In this document: in pieces, positions 17,856 to 27,042 of the stretch
How positions within the stretch are numbered: the first letter of the stretch is position 1
How the letters are laid out: each line of letters opens with the position of its first letter
From: Thermoplasmata archaeon
GTDB taxonomy: Archaea; Thermoplasmatota; Thermoplasmata; Lutacidiplasmatales; UBA184
DNA: 64,000 bases
Reading direction: 5' to 3'
Assembly (NCBI GenBank): GCA_027314915.1
Contig: DAHUZZ010000010.1
Span: forward strand, 3,221-67,220
Notes under the pieces: generated by a model
Database searches by the model: none
What the model saw: the letters and a program-made list of their open reading frames with translations, nothing else
Told to the model about the DNA's origin: nothing
Program-made: the position numbers and the translations under genes

Positions 17856-19470
17856 TCCGCCGCCCTCCCACCTCGATCAGGGCGAACACCCCGAGGCTCA
17901 GCAGCACGAGCAGCGCGCCCGCCGCGGCCTCGGCGAGCGGCAGCCGGAGCTCCCCCAGGCGGAGCAGCTCCACGGGGACGGTCGTGAACTCCGGCAGGTA
18001 GAGGAAGAAGGTGGCGGTGAACTCGCCGAGCCCGATCGCGAAGGCGAAGAGCGCCGCCGAGAGGAGGCCGCGCCGGGCCCGGGGGAGGTCGATGTCGAGG
18101 AAGGCCGCCCAGGGGGAGCTCCCCAGCGCCTGGGCGGCCTCCCACGGCGCGGGGCCGATCCGGTCGACCGCCAGCGTGAGCGACTGGAGGACGAAGGGGA
18201 GCGCGACCGTCGCCTGGGCGAGGAGGAGGAGCGCCCAGGTGTCCCCGGGACCCCCGAGCGCCGGCCGCCAGAGGGTCGCGAGCCCGAAGGCGAGGAGCAC
18301 CGGGGAGACCAGGACGGGGAGGAAGACGACGAACTCGAGCCCCCGGTTCCGCCGACGGGACACCCGGCGCGCGAAGACGGTCAGGAGGGCGAGGAGGAGG
18401 GCGAGGATCGCCGCCCCCGTGGCCAGGAAGAGGCTGTTGCCGATCGCCCCGGCGGTGGTGATCCCGAGCCGGTCCGCGAGCCCGGGGTCGAAGAGCTCGC
18501 GCCACCCCGCGAGGGTGACCGCGCCGGCGGGGGTGAGGACGCTCCGCAGGAGCACCGCGGCGAGCAGCCCGACGATCGCGAGCACGAAGAGGACGGTGTA
18601 GGCGAGCCCGGCCCAGGCGAGCGGGCCGGCGCGGCGGAGGGAGCGTTCCGGCGCGGCCGACGGGGCGACCCGCCGGTGGGCCCGGTCGCGGACGAGCAGG
18701 TAGGCGACGGTGGGGACGGCGAGGAGGAGGAGGGCGAGGAGGCCGAGCACGCCGGCGGCCGCCGGTTGACCGAGCACCTCGGCGAGCGACCAGATCCTCA
18801 CCTCGAGGGTGTAGCAGCTCGCCCCGCAGATCACGAGCGGCGCGGCGAACCCCATGGCGCTCAGGAGGAAGGTGAGGAGCATCCCCGCGCCCGCGCCGAG
18901 CCACGAGAGCGGTCCCCAGATCTCCGCGTAGCCCCGCGCGGGCGAGCCCCCGAGGAGCGCGACCGCCTCCTCCTGGGTCCGGGAGCCGCCCGCGACCGCC
19001 GTCGCCGTGAGCAGCGCGACCAGGCTCGAATCGAAGTAGGCGTTCACCGCGAGGATGCCGACCAGGCCGTGGCCGAGCGCGCCGAGCGGCGGGAGCGCCC
19101 CCGCGACCCATCCGCCGGGCCCGAAGAGCTGGCCGAAGCCGAGGATGACGACCAGGCTCGGCAGCAGGAAGGGCACGAGGAGGAAGGCGCTCAGCGCCTC
19201 CCGGCCGGGGAAAATGTACCGGCCGAGCGTGAGCCCCACGGGGTAGCCGATCGCCCCGGCGAGGGCGGCGCTCAGGCCGCCCTGGAGGAGCGAGTTCGAG
19301 AGCGCGGCCCGGTCGAGCGGGTCGCCGGCGACCCGGGCCACCTCCCCCGCGCCGCCGCCCGCGAGCAGGGACCCGCCCAGGACGACGGCGAGCGGGAGCC
19401 CCACGAACGCCGCGACGAAGATCAGGACGGGGAGCAGCGACCGGTCCGGCGCGGGGGATCCCCGGTTCAT
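17845..19470 (-). CDS. ABC importer permease with two fused transmembrane domains (ThiP/FbpB-like)
   Basis: In frame in ORF 17845..19635. Start at ATG 19470 overlaps the stop of the upstream binding-protein gene (ATGA). Confidence 0.85.
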   Translation of the reverse strand: MNRGSPAPDRSLLPVLIFVAAFVGLPLAVVLGGSLLAGGGAGEVARVAGDPLDRAALSNSLLQGGLSAALAGAIGYPVGLTLGRYIFPGREALSAFLLVPFLLPSLVVILGFGQLFGPGGWVAGALPPLGALGHGLVGILAVNAYFDSSLVALLTATAVAGGSRTQEEAVALLGGSPARGYAEIWGPLSWLGAGAGMLLTFLLSAMGFAAPLVICGASCYTLEVRIWSLAEVLGQPAAAGVLGLLALLLLAVPTVAYLLVRDRAHRRVAPSAAPERSLRRAGPLAWAGLAYTVLFVLAIVGLLAAVLLRSVLTPAGAVTLAGWRELFDPGLADRLGITTAGAIGNSLFLATGAAILALLLALLTVFARRVSRRRNRGLEFVVFLPVLVSPVLLAFGLATLWRPALGGPGDTWALLLLAQATVALPFVLQSLTLAVDRIGPAPWEAAQALGSSPWAAFLDIDLPRARRGLLSAALFAFAIGLGEFTATFFLYLPEFTTVPVELLRLGELRLPLAEAAAGALLVLLSLGVFALIEVGGRRIEL

Positions 19471-20636
19471 CCCGCCGAGTTCACCGTGGCCTGCCACGTA
19501 TCGATCCAGCCCGGGAGCTGCGCGGCCACGCTCGAGGGAGGGATCGCGCCGTTCAGGGCCACGATCCCGCTCACGTTCGGGGCGTCCTGGTAGACGGGCG
19601 GCAGCGGGACCGTCGCGTTCGCCGGGTACTCCCACTCCTCCGTCGGGAGCCCGGCCTGGACCGGCCCCGCGAGGAGCGCCTGGAGGAACGCCTCATCGAG
19701 CCCCAGGTGCGGCGAGCCCCGCACGATCGCCGCGCCGTAGACGCTCCTCCAGCCGTACTCGGTCCCGTTCCACCAGCTCCCCGAGGAGGCGATCGAGCCC
19801 GGCGCCCCGTACGCGGCCGCGTAGGCGGGGTCCGTCAGGTAGCTCACCACCATCTGGGGGGCGGAGGGCGCGCAGGTGAACGCGGAGAAGGCGGTGCCCC
19901 ACGAGTCCGCCGTGGTCACGTGGGGCGCCACGGCGCTCCACCACGGGGCCCACGGGGCGTGGAGCACCTCGGTGTAGAACGCGATCTCCCAGAGGAGGAA
20001 CTCCTCCCCGGTGATGTCGGAGGTCGGGTCCTCGACGATGAGGTTGCCGGCGAGGGTCGAGTTCGCGGCGAACCCGGGGAAGCTCGGCTGCCGGGCCGGG
20101 AGGGTCGCGTTCGCGAACGGGCCGCAGGCATCGAAGCCCAGGTAGCCCCACTCGTAGGGGGTGGCGGCATGGTCCGGGCTGAGCTCCGAGGCGAGCGAGG
20201 GGCTCACCGACGCGAGGGCCGGGGGCGCGTACGGCACGAGCACGCCCGCGGCCTCCGCCTGCGGCGTGGTCACCTCATCGAGCCCGACGACCAGGTCCGC
20301 GACGGGGGCGGACTTCTCCGCGATGAGGGTCCCCGCGAGCGTGCCCGCCGGGCAGAGGAACCGGAGGCTCACGTCGTGCGCCCGCTCGAACCCCGCGAAG
20401 ACGGTCGAGGCGTTCTGCCCGCAGCCGCCGCCCAGGAAGGAGGGGTAGGTGTAGATCGTGAGGACCGTGCCGTGGCTCCGGGTCGCGAGGTACCCGTACG
20501 TGGCGTAGCCGGCCACGAGGACGATCAGGGCGACCACCGAGACCAGCAGGTACCGGCCGAGCCGCCCGCGCCGCAGCGGCCCGAGGGCCGTCGGGTCCGT
20601 GCCGCGTGCGCCCGCCCGTTCCGTCGCCGAGTTCAT
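19467..20636 (-). CDS. ABC importer substrate-binding protein, probably thiamine/TPP-related
   Basis: ORF track, 389 aa with an N-terminal TM/signal anchor. First gene downstream of the TPP riboswitch. Confidence 0.8.
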   Translation of the reverse strand: MNSATERAGARGTDPTALGPLRRGRLGRYLLVSVVALIVLVAGYATYGYLATRSHGTVLTIYTYPSFLGGGCGQNASTVFAGFERAHDVSLRFLCPAGTLAGTLIAEKSAPVADLVVGLDEVTTPQAEAAGVLVPYAPPALASVSPSLASELSPDHAATPYEWGYLGFDACGPFANATLPARQPSFPGFAANSTLAGNLIVEDPTSDITGEEFLLWEIAFYTEVLHAPWAPWWSAVAPHVTTADSWGTAFSAFTCAPSAPQMVVSYLTDPAYAAAYGAPGSIASSGSWWNGTEYGWRSVYGAAIVRGSPHLGLDEAFLQALLAGPVQAGLPTEEWEYPANATVPLPPVYQDAPNVSGIVALNGAIPPSSVAAQLPGWIDTWQATVNSAG

Positions 20637-20655
20637 CCGGTCCCGCTGCCTGCGG

Positions 20656-20762
20656 GGGGAGCTGTTAGCCGCGGCACCGCGTTCCCTTCGCGGGGATTGC
20701 CCCGATCAGGTTCAAGGGGTCGACAGGTTGGGCCTGTCCTCTCAGCCGAGCCACAGCTCCCC
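20656..20762 (-). promoter_or_regulatory. TPP (THI-box) riboswitch
   Basis: The minus-strand RNA reads GGGGAGCUGUGGCUCGGCUGAGAGGACAGGCCCAACCUGUCGACCCCUUGAACCUGAUCGGGGCAAUCCCCGCGAAGGGAACGCGGUGCCGCGGCUAACAGCUCCCC. Conserved CUGAGA, ACCUGAUC and GCGAAGGGAA cores are present. P1 is a perfect 9 bp helix (GGGGAGCUG/CAGCUCCCC). Confidence 0.9.
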
Positions 20763-20787
20763 CAGCGTCCCCGGCAACGTGGGCGGG

Positions 20788-20795
20788 GTTATAGC
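20788..20795 (-). promoter_or_regulatory. TATA-like box for the riboswitch/thiamine-transporter transcript
   Basis: gttatagc (minus strand gctataac), about 27 nt upstream of the riboswitch P1 5' end at 20762. Confidence 0.5.
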
Positions 20796-20853
20796 GCTGC
20801 GCCGCCGCCGGGCCCGTCGCACGGAGTGGACGGCCGTCCACCGTTCGGCGCCC

Positions 20854-20859
20854 TTATAG
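20854..20859 (+). promoter_or_regulatory. TATA-like box of pdxS (leaderless spacing)
   Basis: ccTTATAGc, centred about 26 nt upstream of ATG 20883. Confidence 0.5.
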
Positions 20860-20882
20860 CACGCGAGGGAATTCCTCCACCC

Positions 20883-21812
20883 ATGGCCGCGAAGATCCCC
20901 GAGCTCACGCGCGGGTCGGAGCTGCTCAAGCGCGGCTTTGCCCGGATGCAGCAGGGGGGCGTCATCATGGACGTCACCACGGGCGACCAGGCGGCGATCG
21001 CCGAGGAGGCCGGGGCGGTCGCGGTGATGGCCCTCGAGCGCGTGCCGGCGGACATCCGCGCCGCCGGCGGCGTCGCCCGGATGGCCGACCCCGCGAAGGT
21101 CCAGGAGATCCGGGACCGGGTCTCGATACCGGTGATGGCCAAGTGCCGGATCGGGCACACCGCCGAGGCCCAGATCCTGCAGGTGCTCGGCGTCGACATG
21201 ATCGACGAATCGGAGGTCCTCACGCCGGCGGACCCGTTCCGCCACGTCGACAAGCACCTCTTCCAGGTGCCCTTCGTCTGCGGGGCGCGGAACCTGGGCG
21301 AGGCGCTCCGCCGCATCGACGAGGGCGCCGCCATGATCCGGACCAAGGGCGAGGCGGGCACGGGCAACGTCATCGAGGCGGTCCGCCACATCCGCCAGAT
21401 CTCCGGCGAGATCGCCGGGCTGAAGTCCATGCCGCGGCGCGAGCTCGGCGGCTGGGCGAAGCGCGAGCGGGTCCCGGAGCGGCTCGTCGCCGAGGTGCGC
21501 GAGCTGGGCCGGCTCCCGGTGGTGAACTTCGCCGCCGGCGGCATCGCGACCCCCGCCGACGCCGCGCTCTGCCGGCTCCTGGGCGTCGACGGCAACTTCG
21601 TCGGCAGCGGGATCTTCAAGTCGGAGCACCCGCTCAAGGTGGCGCGCGCCATCGTCGAGGCCTCCCACCGCTTCGACGACCCGAAGGTGCTCGCGCACGT
21701 CGCGACGGGGCTCGGCGAGATGATGCGCGGGATCGAGATCTCCTCGATCGCGCCCGCGGAGCTCCTCCAGGAGCGCGAGTCGGGCGAGCCGCGCGGCGCG
21801 GCCGAGCCATGA
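20883..21812 (+). CDS. pdxS: pyridoxal 5'-phosphate synthase lyase subunit PdxS
   Basis: In frame in ORF 19707..21812 from ATG 20883. Sequence [35 protein letters not shown]...[19 protein letters not shown]. Confidence 0.95.
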   Translation: MAAKIPELTRGSELLKRGFARMQQGGVIMDVTTGDQAAIAEEAGAVAVMALERVPADIRAAGGVARMADPAKVQEIRDRVSIPVMAKCRIGHTAEAQILQVLGVDMIDESEVLTPADPFRHVDKHLFQVPFVCGARNLGEALRRIDEGAAMIRTKGEAGTGNVIEAVRHIRQISGEIAGLKSMPRRELGGWAKRERVPERLVAEVRELGRLPVVNFAAGGIATPADAALCRLLGVDGNFVGSGIFKSEHPLKVARAIVEASHRFDDPKVLAHVATGLGEMMRGIEISSIAPAELLQERESGEPRGAAEP

Positions 21813-21870
21813 GGCGCGGCGGCGGCCCGGGCGCCGGGCGGGGCGTTTAGCGGGGAGGCCCAGGGCGCCC

Positions 21871-23004
21871 GTGCGCATCGTCCAGGTCGCACCGTACTTC
21901 CACCCGCACGCCGGCGGCGTCGAGTCGCACGTCCGGGCCATCGCCCGGGAGTTCGCCCGCACGGGCCACGAGGTCACCATCCTCACCTCGCGGTACGACC
22001 GCCGCCTCCCCGAGGAGGAGCGGTTCGAGGGCTACCGCATCCTGAGGGCCCGGACCTACGGCGTATGGTTCAACACCCCCATCGATCCCGGCGTCCGCCG
22101 GCGGCTGGGGGAGATCGACGGGGACATCGTCCACCTGCACTACCCGCCGCCGCTCACGAGCTACTTCGCGACCCACCCCGGCCCCCGGGTCGGGCGGCCG
22201 ACCTGCCTCACCTACCACTGCGACCTCTATCTGCCGACGCCGATCGGCGCCGTCCTCACCGGTCTGTACGACCGGATCCTCCTGCCGAGCACGCTCCGGA
22301 AGGTCGGGCGGATCATCGTCCACACCCGGAGCTACGCGCTCACCTCGCGCGCGCTCCGGGCCCGGCCCCTCGAGATCATCCCGTCCTCCGTCGACCTCGA
22401 CCGGTTCCGGCCCGGGGTGGACGGCGCCGCGATCCGGAGGCGGCTCCAGATCGAGGACCGGCGCGTCATCGCCTTCGCCGGCCGGCTGGTCCCGCACAAG
22501 GGCGTGGACACGATCCTCCGGGCGCTCGCGCGCCTTCCCTCCGACGTCGTCCTGCTCGTGATCGGCCGGGGCCCGGACCTCGCCTCGCTGACGGAGCTCG
22601 CCCGGCGGCTCGACGTCCTCGACCGGGTCCGGTTCTGCCCCCGGGTCGACGACGACGAGCTCCCGCAGTACCTCCGGGCCGCGGACCTCTTCGTCTTCCC
22701 CTCCCAGAACCGGCTCGAGGGGTTCGGGCTCGCCGTCGCCGAGGCGCTCGCCTGCGGCCTGCCGGTCGTCGTGGCGGACATCCCCGGGGTGCGCGAGGTG
22801 ATCGAGCCCGGCCGCGAGGGGCTGCTCGCCGAGCCGCTGCTCGAGGGCAGCCTCGCCGACCGGATCCGGGAGCTCCTCGACGACCCCGCGCGCCGCGCTC
22901 AGATGGGCCGCGCCGCGCGCGCCCGGGCCGAGGAGCGGTACGGCGTCGCGACCGTCACGTCCTCGCTCATCGCCCTCTACCAACGCCTGATCGCAGCTGG
23001 TTGA
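21871..23004 (+). CDS. glycosyltransferase family 4 (GT-B)
   Basis: ORF track. MRIVQVAPYFHPHAGGVESH N-terminus and the C-terminal EGFGLAVAEALACGLPVV motif. Confidence 0.85.
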   Translation: MRIVQVAPYFHPHAGGVESHVRAIAREFARTGHEVTILTSRYDRRLPEEERFEGYRILRARTYGVWFNTPIDPGVRRRLGEIDGDIVHLHYPPPLTSYFATHPGPRVGRPTCLTYHCDLYLPTPIGAVLTGLYDRILLPSTLRKVGRIIVHTRSYALTSRALRARPLEIIPSSVDLDRFRPGVDGAAIRRRLQIEDRRVIAFAGRLVPHKGVDTILRALARLPSDVVLLVIGRGPDLASLTELARRLDVLDRVRFCPRVDDDELPQYLRAADLFVFPSQNRLEGFGLAVAEALACGLPVVVADIPGVREVIEPGREGLLAEPLLEGSLADRIRELLDDPARRAQMGRAARARAEERYGVATVTSSLIALYQRLIAAG

Positions 23005-23821
23005 CCTGGGTCGCGAGCCGGCGGGCCTCCTCGCCGGCCGCCCGGGCCCAGTCCTCCCCGGCGGCGGCGTAGAGGATGGAACGGGAGGCGCTGACGAGGA
23101 GCCCCCGGCCCCGGGCGTCGACGCCGTCGCGGACGGTCGCCGAGAGCGCGCCGCCCTGGGCCCCGACCCCCGGGACCAGGATGGGGACGCCGTTGCCCAG
23201 GATCTCGCGGGCCTGCCGGACCGCCTCGGGGTACGTCGCGCCGATCACCACCCCGGCGTTGCCGCCCCGGTGCGCGAGCTCGCGCACCTCGCCGACCACC
23301 GCCTGCCAGAGGGGGCCGCGCGGCGTGGGGATCTCCTGGAAGTCGGGCGCCCCCGGGTTCGAGGAGTGGGCGACCACGAAGAAGCCGTGGGCGGGGTCGT
23401 CGAGCAGCGGACCGAAGCTCTCCCAGCCGAGCCAGGGGGTCACGGTCATGGCGTCGAACCGGAGCCCGCGGATGATCCCCGCGTGGTAGAGCCGCATCGT
23501 GTTGGGGATGTCGTTCGCCTTGAGGTCGAGGATCTTGATCCGGTCCGGCCCGATCGAGCGGACCACCCGCTCGAGCTCCTCGATCCCCTTGGCCCCGAAC
23601 TGGAGGAACGCCCCGAGCTGCATCTTGTAGGCCGCGGCGTAGGGCCGCGTCGCGCGCACGATGCCGTCGAGGAAGGCCCGGTGGCGCCGGCCGGCGGCCA
23701 TCCGGGCGATCGGGCGGGGGTACTTCGCGGGGTCCGGGTCGAGCCCGACGCAGAGCAGCGAGTCGCGCTGCTTGAGGAGCCGGTCGACCCGCTCGTTGAA
23801 CCGGAGGGGCACGCTAGCCAC
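22967..23821 (-). CDS. pyrF: orotidine 5'-phosphate decarboxylase (type 2)
   Basis: ORF track. LCVGLDPDP, DLKANDIPNT and VPGVGAQGG motifs. Confidence 0.88.
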   Translation of the reverse strand: MASVPLRFNERVDRLLKQRDSLLCVGLDPDPAKYPRPIARMAAGRRHRAFLDGIVRATRPYAAAYKMQLGAFLQFGAKGIEELERVVRSIGPDRIKILDLKANDIPNTMRLYHAGIIRGLRFDAMTVTPWLGWESFGPLLDDPAHGFFVVAHSSNPGAPDFQEIPTPRGPLWQAVVGEVRELAHRGGNAGVVIGATYPEAVRQAREILGNGVPILVPGVGAQGGALSATVRDGVDARGRGLLVSASRSILYAAAGEDWARAAGEEARRLATQVNQLRSGVGRGR

Positions 23822-23925
23822 GGTGGCGGTCTCCCCCTGAAAAGTCTTCCGCCGGAGACGGGGGTCGTGGGGAGGGCCGGGGCCGGGCCGCGCCGAGCAG
23901 CGCCCGGTGCTCCGGCTAGGTTCTT

Positions 23926-25113
23926 ATGGAATCCGTCCCCCTCGAGGCCGAAATGGACTCCCCCGAACCCACGGGCCTCCCGACGGAGACCCGGCTCAAG
24001 GACCTCCGCGTGGGGAGCGCGCCCGTGGCGATCACCGCCCGGCTCGTCACCGCGCAGCGGCGGGAGATCGCCCGGAAGAGCGATGGCGGCCGGCGCACGA
24101 TCCTCTCGGGGCTCCTCACCGACGGCACCGCCACGGTCCGGTTCACCTGGTGGGACCCGCCCGCGGAGGAGATCGACCCCGGCACGGTCCTCCGGGCCGT
24201 CCCGGTGGAGATCCGGGAGTACCGGGGCCGCGCGGAGCTCTCCTTCGGATGGCGCACCCGGGTGGCGCCGGCCAGCGAGCACGAGCTGCCCGTGGTCCCT
24301 CCGGAGGAGCTGCCGCTCCGGTCGCTGCGCGAGCTCCGGGCCGGGAGCGACGGGTTCCGCCTCGAGGTGCGGGTCGCCGAGGTCGCGCCCAAGATGGTGA
24401 CCGTGGGGACCGAGCGCCGCGAGATCCACGAGGGGCTCCTCCACGACCGCTCGGGCCTCGCGGCGTTCACCTCCTGGACCGACTTCCGGCTGCGGCCGGG
24501 GGAGGCGCTCCGGATCACCGGGGCCTACGTCCGGGAGTTCCGGGCCCGGCCGCAACTCGTGCTCGACCAGCGCGCGTCGGTCGAGCGGATCGCCGGCACC
24601 GAACTGCCGGCCGCGGAGGAGCGCCCCGGCACCACGGTGGAACCGATGGGCGCGATCCTCGGCCCGGGCGGCCGGGAGCGCGTCACGCTCGAAGGTCGCG
24701 CGGTCGGGGTCCAGCCGCCGAGCGGGCTCATCTTCCGTTGCCCGAGCTGCCCGAAGAGCCTCCGGGGCGGGGTCTGCCCCACCCATGGCGCCGTGGAGGG
24801 GCGACCGGACCTCCGCCTCCGGCTCATCCTGGACGACGGTACGGGTGCGGTGACGGTGAACCTCGAACGGGCGCAGGTCGAGCGGCTCACCGGGGAGACG
24901 CTCGCCGGCGCGCTCCAGTTCGCCCGGGAGCACCCGGATCCCGCGGCCGTCGGCTACGAGCTCTCCGACCGTCTCTTCGGGCGGCGCTTCCGTGCGCGCG
25001 GGCCGCTCCGGATCGACGACTTCGGGGCGTCGATGTACCCGACCGAGATCGGTCCGGCGGAGCCGGGACCGGACCGGGCGGCGCTCGACCTCCGCTGGAG
25101 GCGTTCGCCGTGA
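23926..25113 (+). CDS. rpa: replication protein A (ssDNA-binding, OB folds plus zinc finger)
   Basis: ORF track, 395 aa. Repeated OB-like segments and the CPSCPKSLRGGVCPTHG zinc finger. An alternative start at ATG 23953 fits the TATA-like ttcttatgg better. Confidence 0.8.
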   Translation: MESVPLEAEMDSPEPTGLPTETRLKDLRVGSAPVAITARLVTAQRREIARKSDGGRRTILSGLLTDGTATVRFTWWDPPAEEIDPGTVLRAVPVEIREYRGRAELSFGWRTRVAPASEHELPVVPPEELPLRSLRELRAGSDGFRLEVRVAEVAPKMVTVGTERREIHEGLLHDRSGLAAFTSWTDFRLRPGEALRITGAYVREFRARPQLVLDQRASVERIAGTELPAAEERPGTTVEPMGAILGPGGRERVTLEGRAVGVQPPSGLIFRCPSCPKSLRGGVCPTHGAVEGRPDLRLRLILDDGTGAVTVNLERAQVERLTGETLAGALQFAREHPDPAAVGYELSDRLFGRRFRARGPLRIDDFGASMYPTEIGPAEPGPDRAALDLRWRRSP

Positions 25114-26036
25114 CGGGCCGGGAGCCCGCCTGGCGGGTGTTCGCCTTCGAGCTCACCGGAGCGACCGTCGAGCAGCGCGGCCCGGGCGAGCGGGACCCGA
25201 CCTACCTGCTCTCCCCGCTCGGGGCTCGGATGAACCGGGTGCTGCTCGCCGGGGTGCTGAGCGCCCCCACGAGCGCCGGACGGGACCCGGCGCAGCCGTT
25301 CTACCGGAGCCGGCTCCTCGATCCCACCGGCGAGGTCGAGCTCACCGCCGGAAGCTTCCAGCCCCGGGCGCTGGAGGCGCTGCGGCGGATCGCCCAACCC
25401 ACGGGCGCGATCGTGCTCGGGAAGGCGCAACGGTACGCCGGCCGCGACGGCCGCCCGGTGGTCGCGCTCCGGGCGGAGGAGATCCGCCCGGCGACCGACG
25501 AGGAGGTCCGGGCGGTCCAGGACGAGGCGCTCGCCCACACGCTCGACCGGATCGAGCTCGCCGAGCGGCTGCGCGAGGCCCCCGATACGGCGGCCGACGC
25601 TCCAACCTCCTCGGGGGTCCCCCGGCTCTGGGTCGAGTCGGCCCGCACGGCCCGGACCCAGTACCACGATCCCGATCCCGCCCGGTTCCGCGCCGCCCTG
25701 GCGCCGCTCTTCGGGTCGCCGCCGGGGGAGCCCCCGGCGATCCCCGAAACGGCCCCTCCGGTCCCACCGGCGCCCTCCCCCTCGGTGCGTCGGACCGAGA
25801 CCCGGAGCCTCCCGCCCCCACGGCCCCCCCGCGACCATGCGCAGGAGTCGATCCTGCTCGAGCTCGTGGACGAGCTCATCGAGGGCTCGGAGGACGGCTA
25901 TGCGGACCTACGGGAGCTCACCCAGTCCGCGGCCAGCCGGGGCGTGGGGGAGCACCGACTGGAGGAGCTGCTCACCGGCCTCGAGGAAGAGGGGGTCCTC
26001 GAGGAGCCCATCGTCGGGAAACTGCGGCGCTCCTGA
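25110..26036 (+). CDS. RPA-associated protein (COG3390/RPA32-like OB-fold protein)
   Basis: Tail of ORF 23907..26036. GTG 25110 overlaps the rpa stop (GTGA). N-terminal OB-like region (RMNRVLLAGVL...GEVELTAGSFQP) and an acidic C-terminal winged-helix-like tail. Confidence 0.6.
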   Translation: MTGREPAWRVFAFELTGATVEQRGPGERDPTYLLSPLGARMNRVLLAGVLSAPTSAGRDPAQPFYRSRLLDPTGEVELTAGSFQPRALEALRRIAQPTGAIVLGKAQRYAGRDGRPVVALRAEEIRPATDEEVRAVQDEALAHTLDRIELAERLREAPDTAADAPTSSGVPRLWVESARTARTQYHDPDPARFRAALAPLFGSPPGEPPAIPETAPPVPPAPSPSVRRTETRSLPPPRPPRDHAQESILLELVDELIEGSEDGYADLRELTQSAASRGVGEHRLEELLTGLEEEGVLEEPIVGKLRRS

Positions 26037-26120
26037 CGGCCGCCCCCCGCGGGGCTCCGAGATCCGTGCGAGGGCACGACACGACCTTTATCGCCCGGGA
26101 GCCGTATCTGCGCCCTTCCT

Positions 26121-26921
26121 GTGAAGGACCTACCGGGGGCCCGAGCACCTAACTCTAGGGTCATCCGGTGCGCTCAATGTGGCCAGCTCCTGACGGAGGC
26201 CACCGCCCGGGCGGCCGGGCGCCCCGTGCTCTGCAGCCCCTGTCGGCGGAACCCCCGGGCCCGTCTCCCCCCGGCGACGCGGCCCGTCGCCGGCGCGGTC
26301 CGGATCGGGGGCTCGTCCCGGGGGACCCTCGCCCCGCCCGGGCCGACGGTCCTCCGCCGGGCCGGGCCCCCGCCCGGGGCCCCCCCTCGCCCGGCGGGCG
26401 CCCCACGACGCCCGGTGCCGCTCCCGAAGGGGAGCTTCGGCACCGTCCCGATGTCGATCTTCGAACGGCCCCCGCTCGGGTATGCCGCGGTCCACTGCTT
26501 CCGGTGCGGCCGCCGGGGGCTCGTCCCCTCCCGGATCCTGATCACGCGCAACTCCCGGGACGTCACCTGCCCCACCTGCCGCGGCGTCGGCGCCCCGCAG
26601 TTCCCCGGGTCCCGCCCCGCTCCGCGCCGCGGGCCGGTGCCCGCCGGGCACCCGAAGCCGCTCCTGGGCCGGCCCCCGCTCATCCTGGTCCGCAGCAAGG
26701 AGCTCGCCGCCGCGCCGGTCGCGGCGGGCGGGATGGTCGCGGTCCGGTGCTTCCTGTGCGGGCGGGCGGGCCGTCTTCCGCTCCAGACCAACAGCTCGCT
26801 ACGGCCCGAGGACGTCATCTGCCCGACGTGCCGCGCCCGCGCCGGGCCCGAGGCGCTGGGGCGGGCGGCGCGGCATCGCCCCCGCCCGGCCCCGTCGCCC
26901 ACGGCGAACCTCGGCGCGTGA
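26121..26921 (+). CDS. hypothetical protein with three CxxC...CxxC zinc-ribbon modules separated by P/R-rich linkers
   Basis: ORF track, 266 aa. The three modules are IRCAQCGQ..VLCSPCRR, VHCFRCGRRG..DVTCPTCRG and VRCFLCGRAG..DVICPTCRA. Confidence 0.6.
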   Translation: MKDLPGARAPNSRVIRCAQCGQLLTEATARAAGRPVLCSPCRRNPRARLPPATRPVAGAVRIGGSSRGTLAPPGPTVLRRAGPPPGAPPRPAGAPRRPVPLPKGSFGTVPMSIFERPPLGYAAVHCFRCGRRGLVPSRILITRNSRDVTCPTCRGVGAPQFPGSRPAPRRGPVPAGHPKPLLGRPPLILVRSKELAAAPVAAGGMVAVRCFLCGRAGRLPLQTNSSLRPEDVICPTCRARAGPEALGRAARHRPRPAPSPTANLGA

Positions 26922-26924
26922 GGG

Positions 26925-26931
26925 TTTATAT
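26925..26931 (+). promoter_or_regulatory. TATA-like box upstream of the candidate C/D-box sRNA
   Basis: tttatat, 24-28 nt upstream of the G-run that begins the predicted sRNA. Confidence 0.45.
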
Positions 26932-26950
26932 CCCCCGCCGTTTCGGGGGG

Positions 26951-27015
26951 CGGGGGAATGAGGAGCACCTGTCTCTCCGAACTCGTGACGAGACCAGCGA
27001 CGAACTGACCCCCCT
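26951..27015 (+). ncRNA. candidate C/D-box sRNA (2'-O-methylation guide)
   Basis: C box AUGAGGA (26958-64), 12-nt spacer, D' CCGA (26977-80), 4-nt loop, C' GUGACGA (26985-91), 13-nt spacer, D CUGA (27005-08). All GA dinucleotides are retained. A terminal stem is possible between GGGGG 26952-56 and CCCCC 27009-13. Confidence 0.55.
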
Positions 27016-27042
27016 CGTCCCGAGAGTGAAGTAGAGCAGCGC

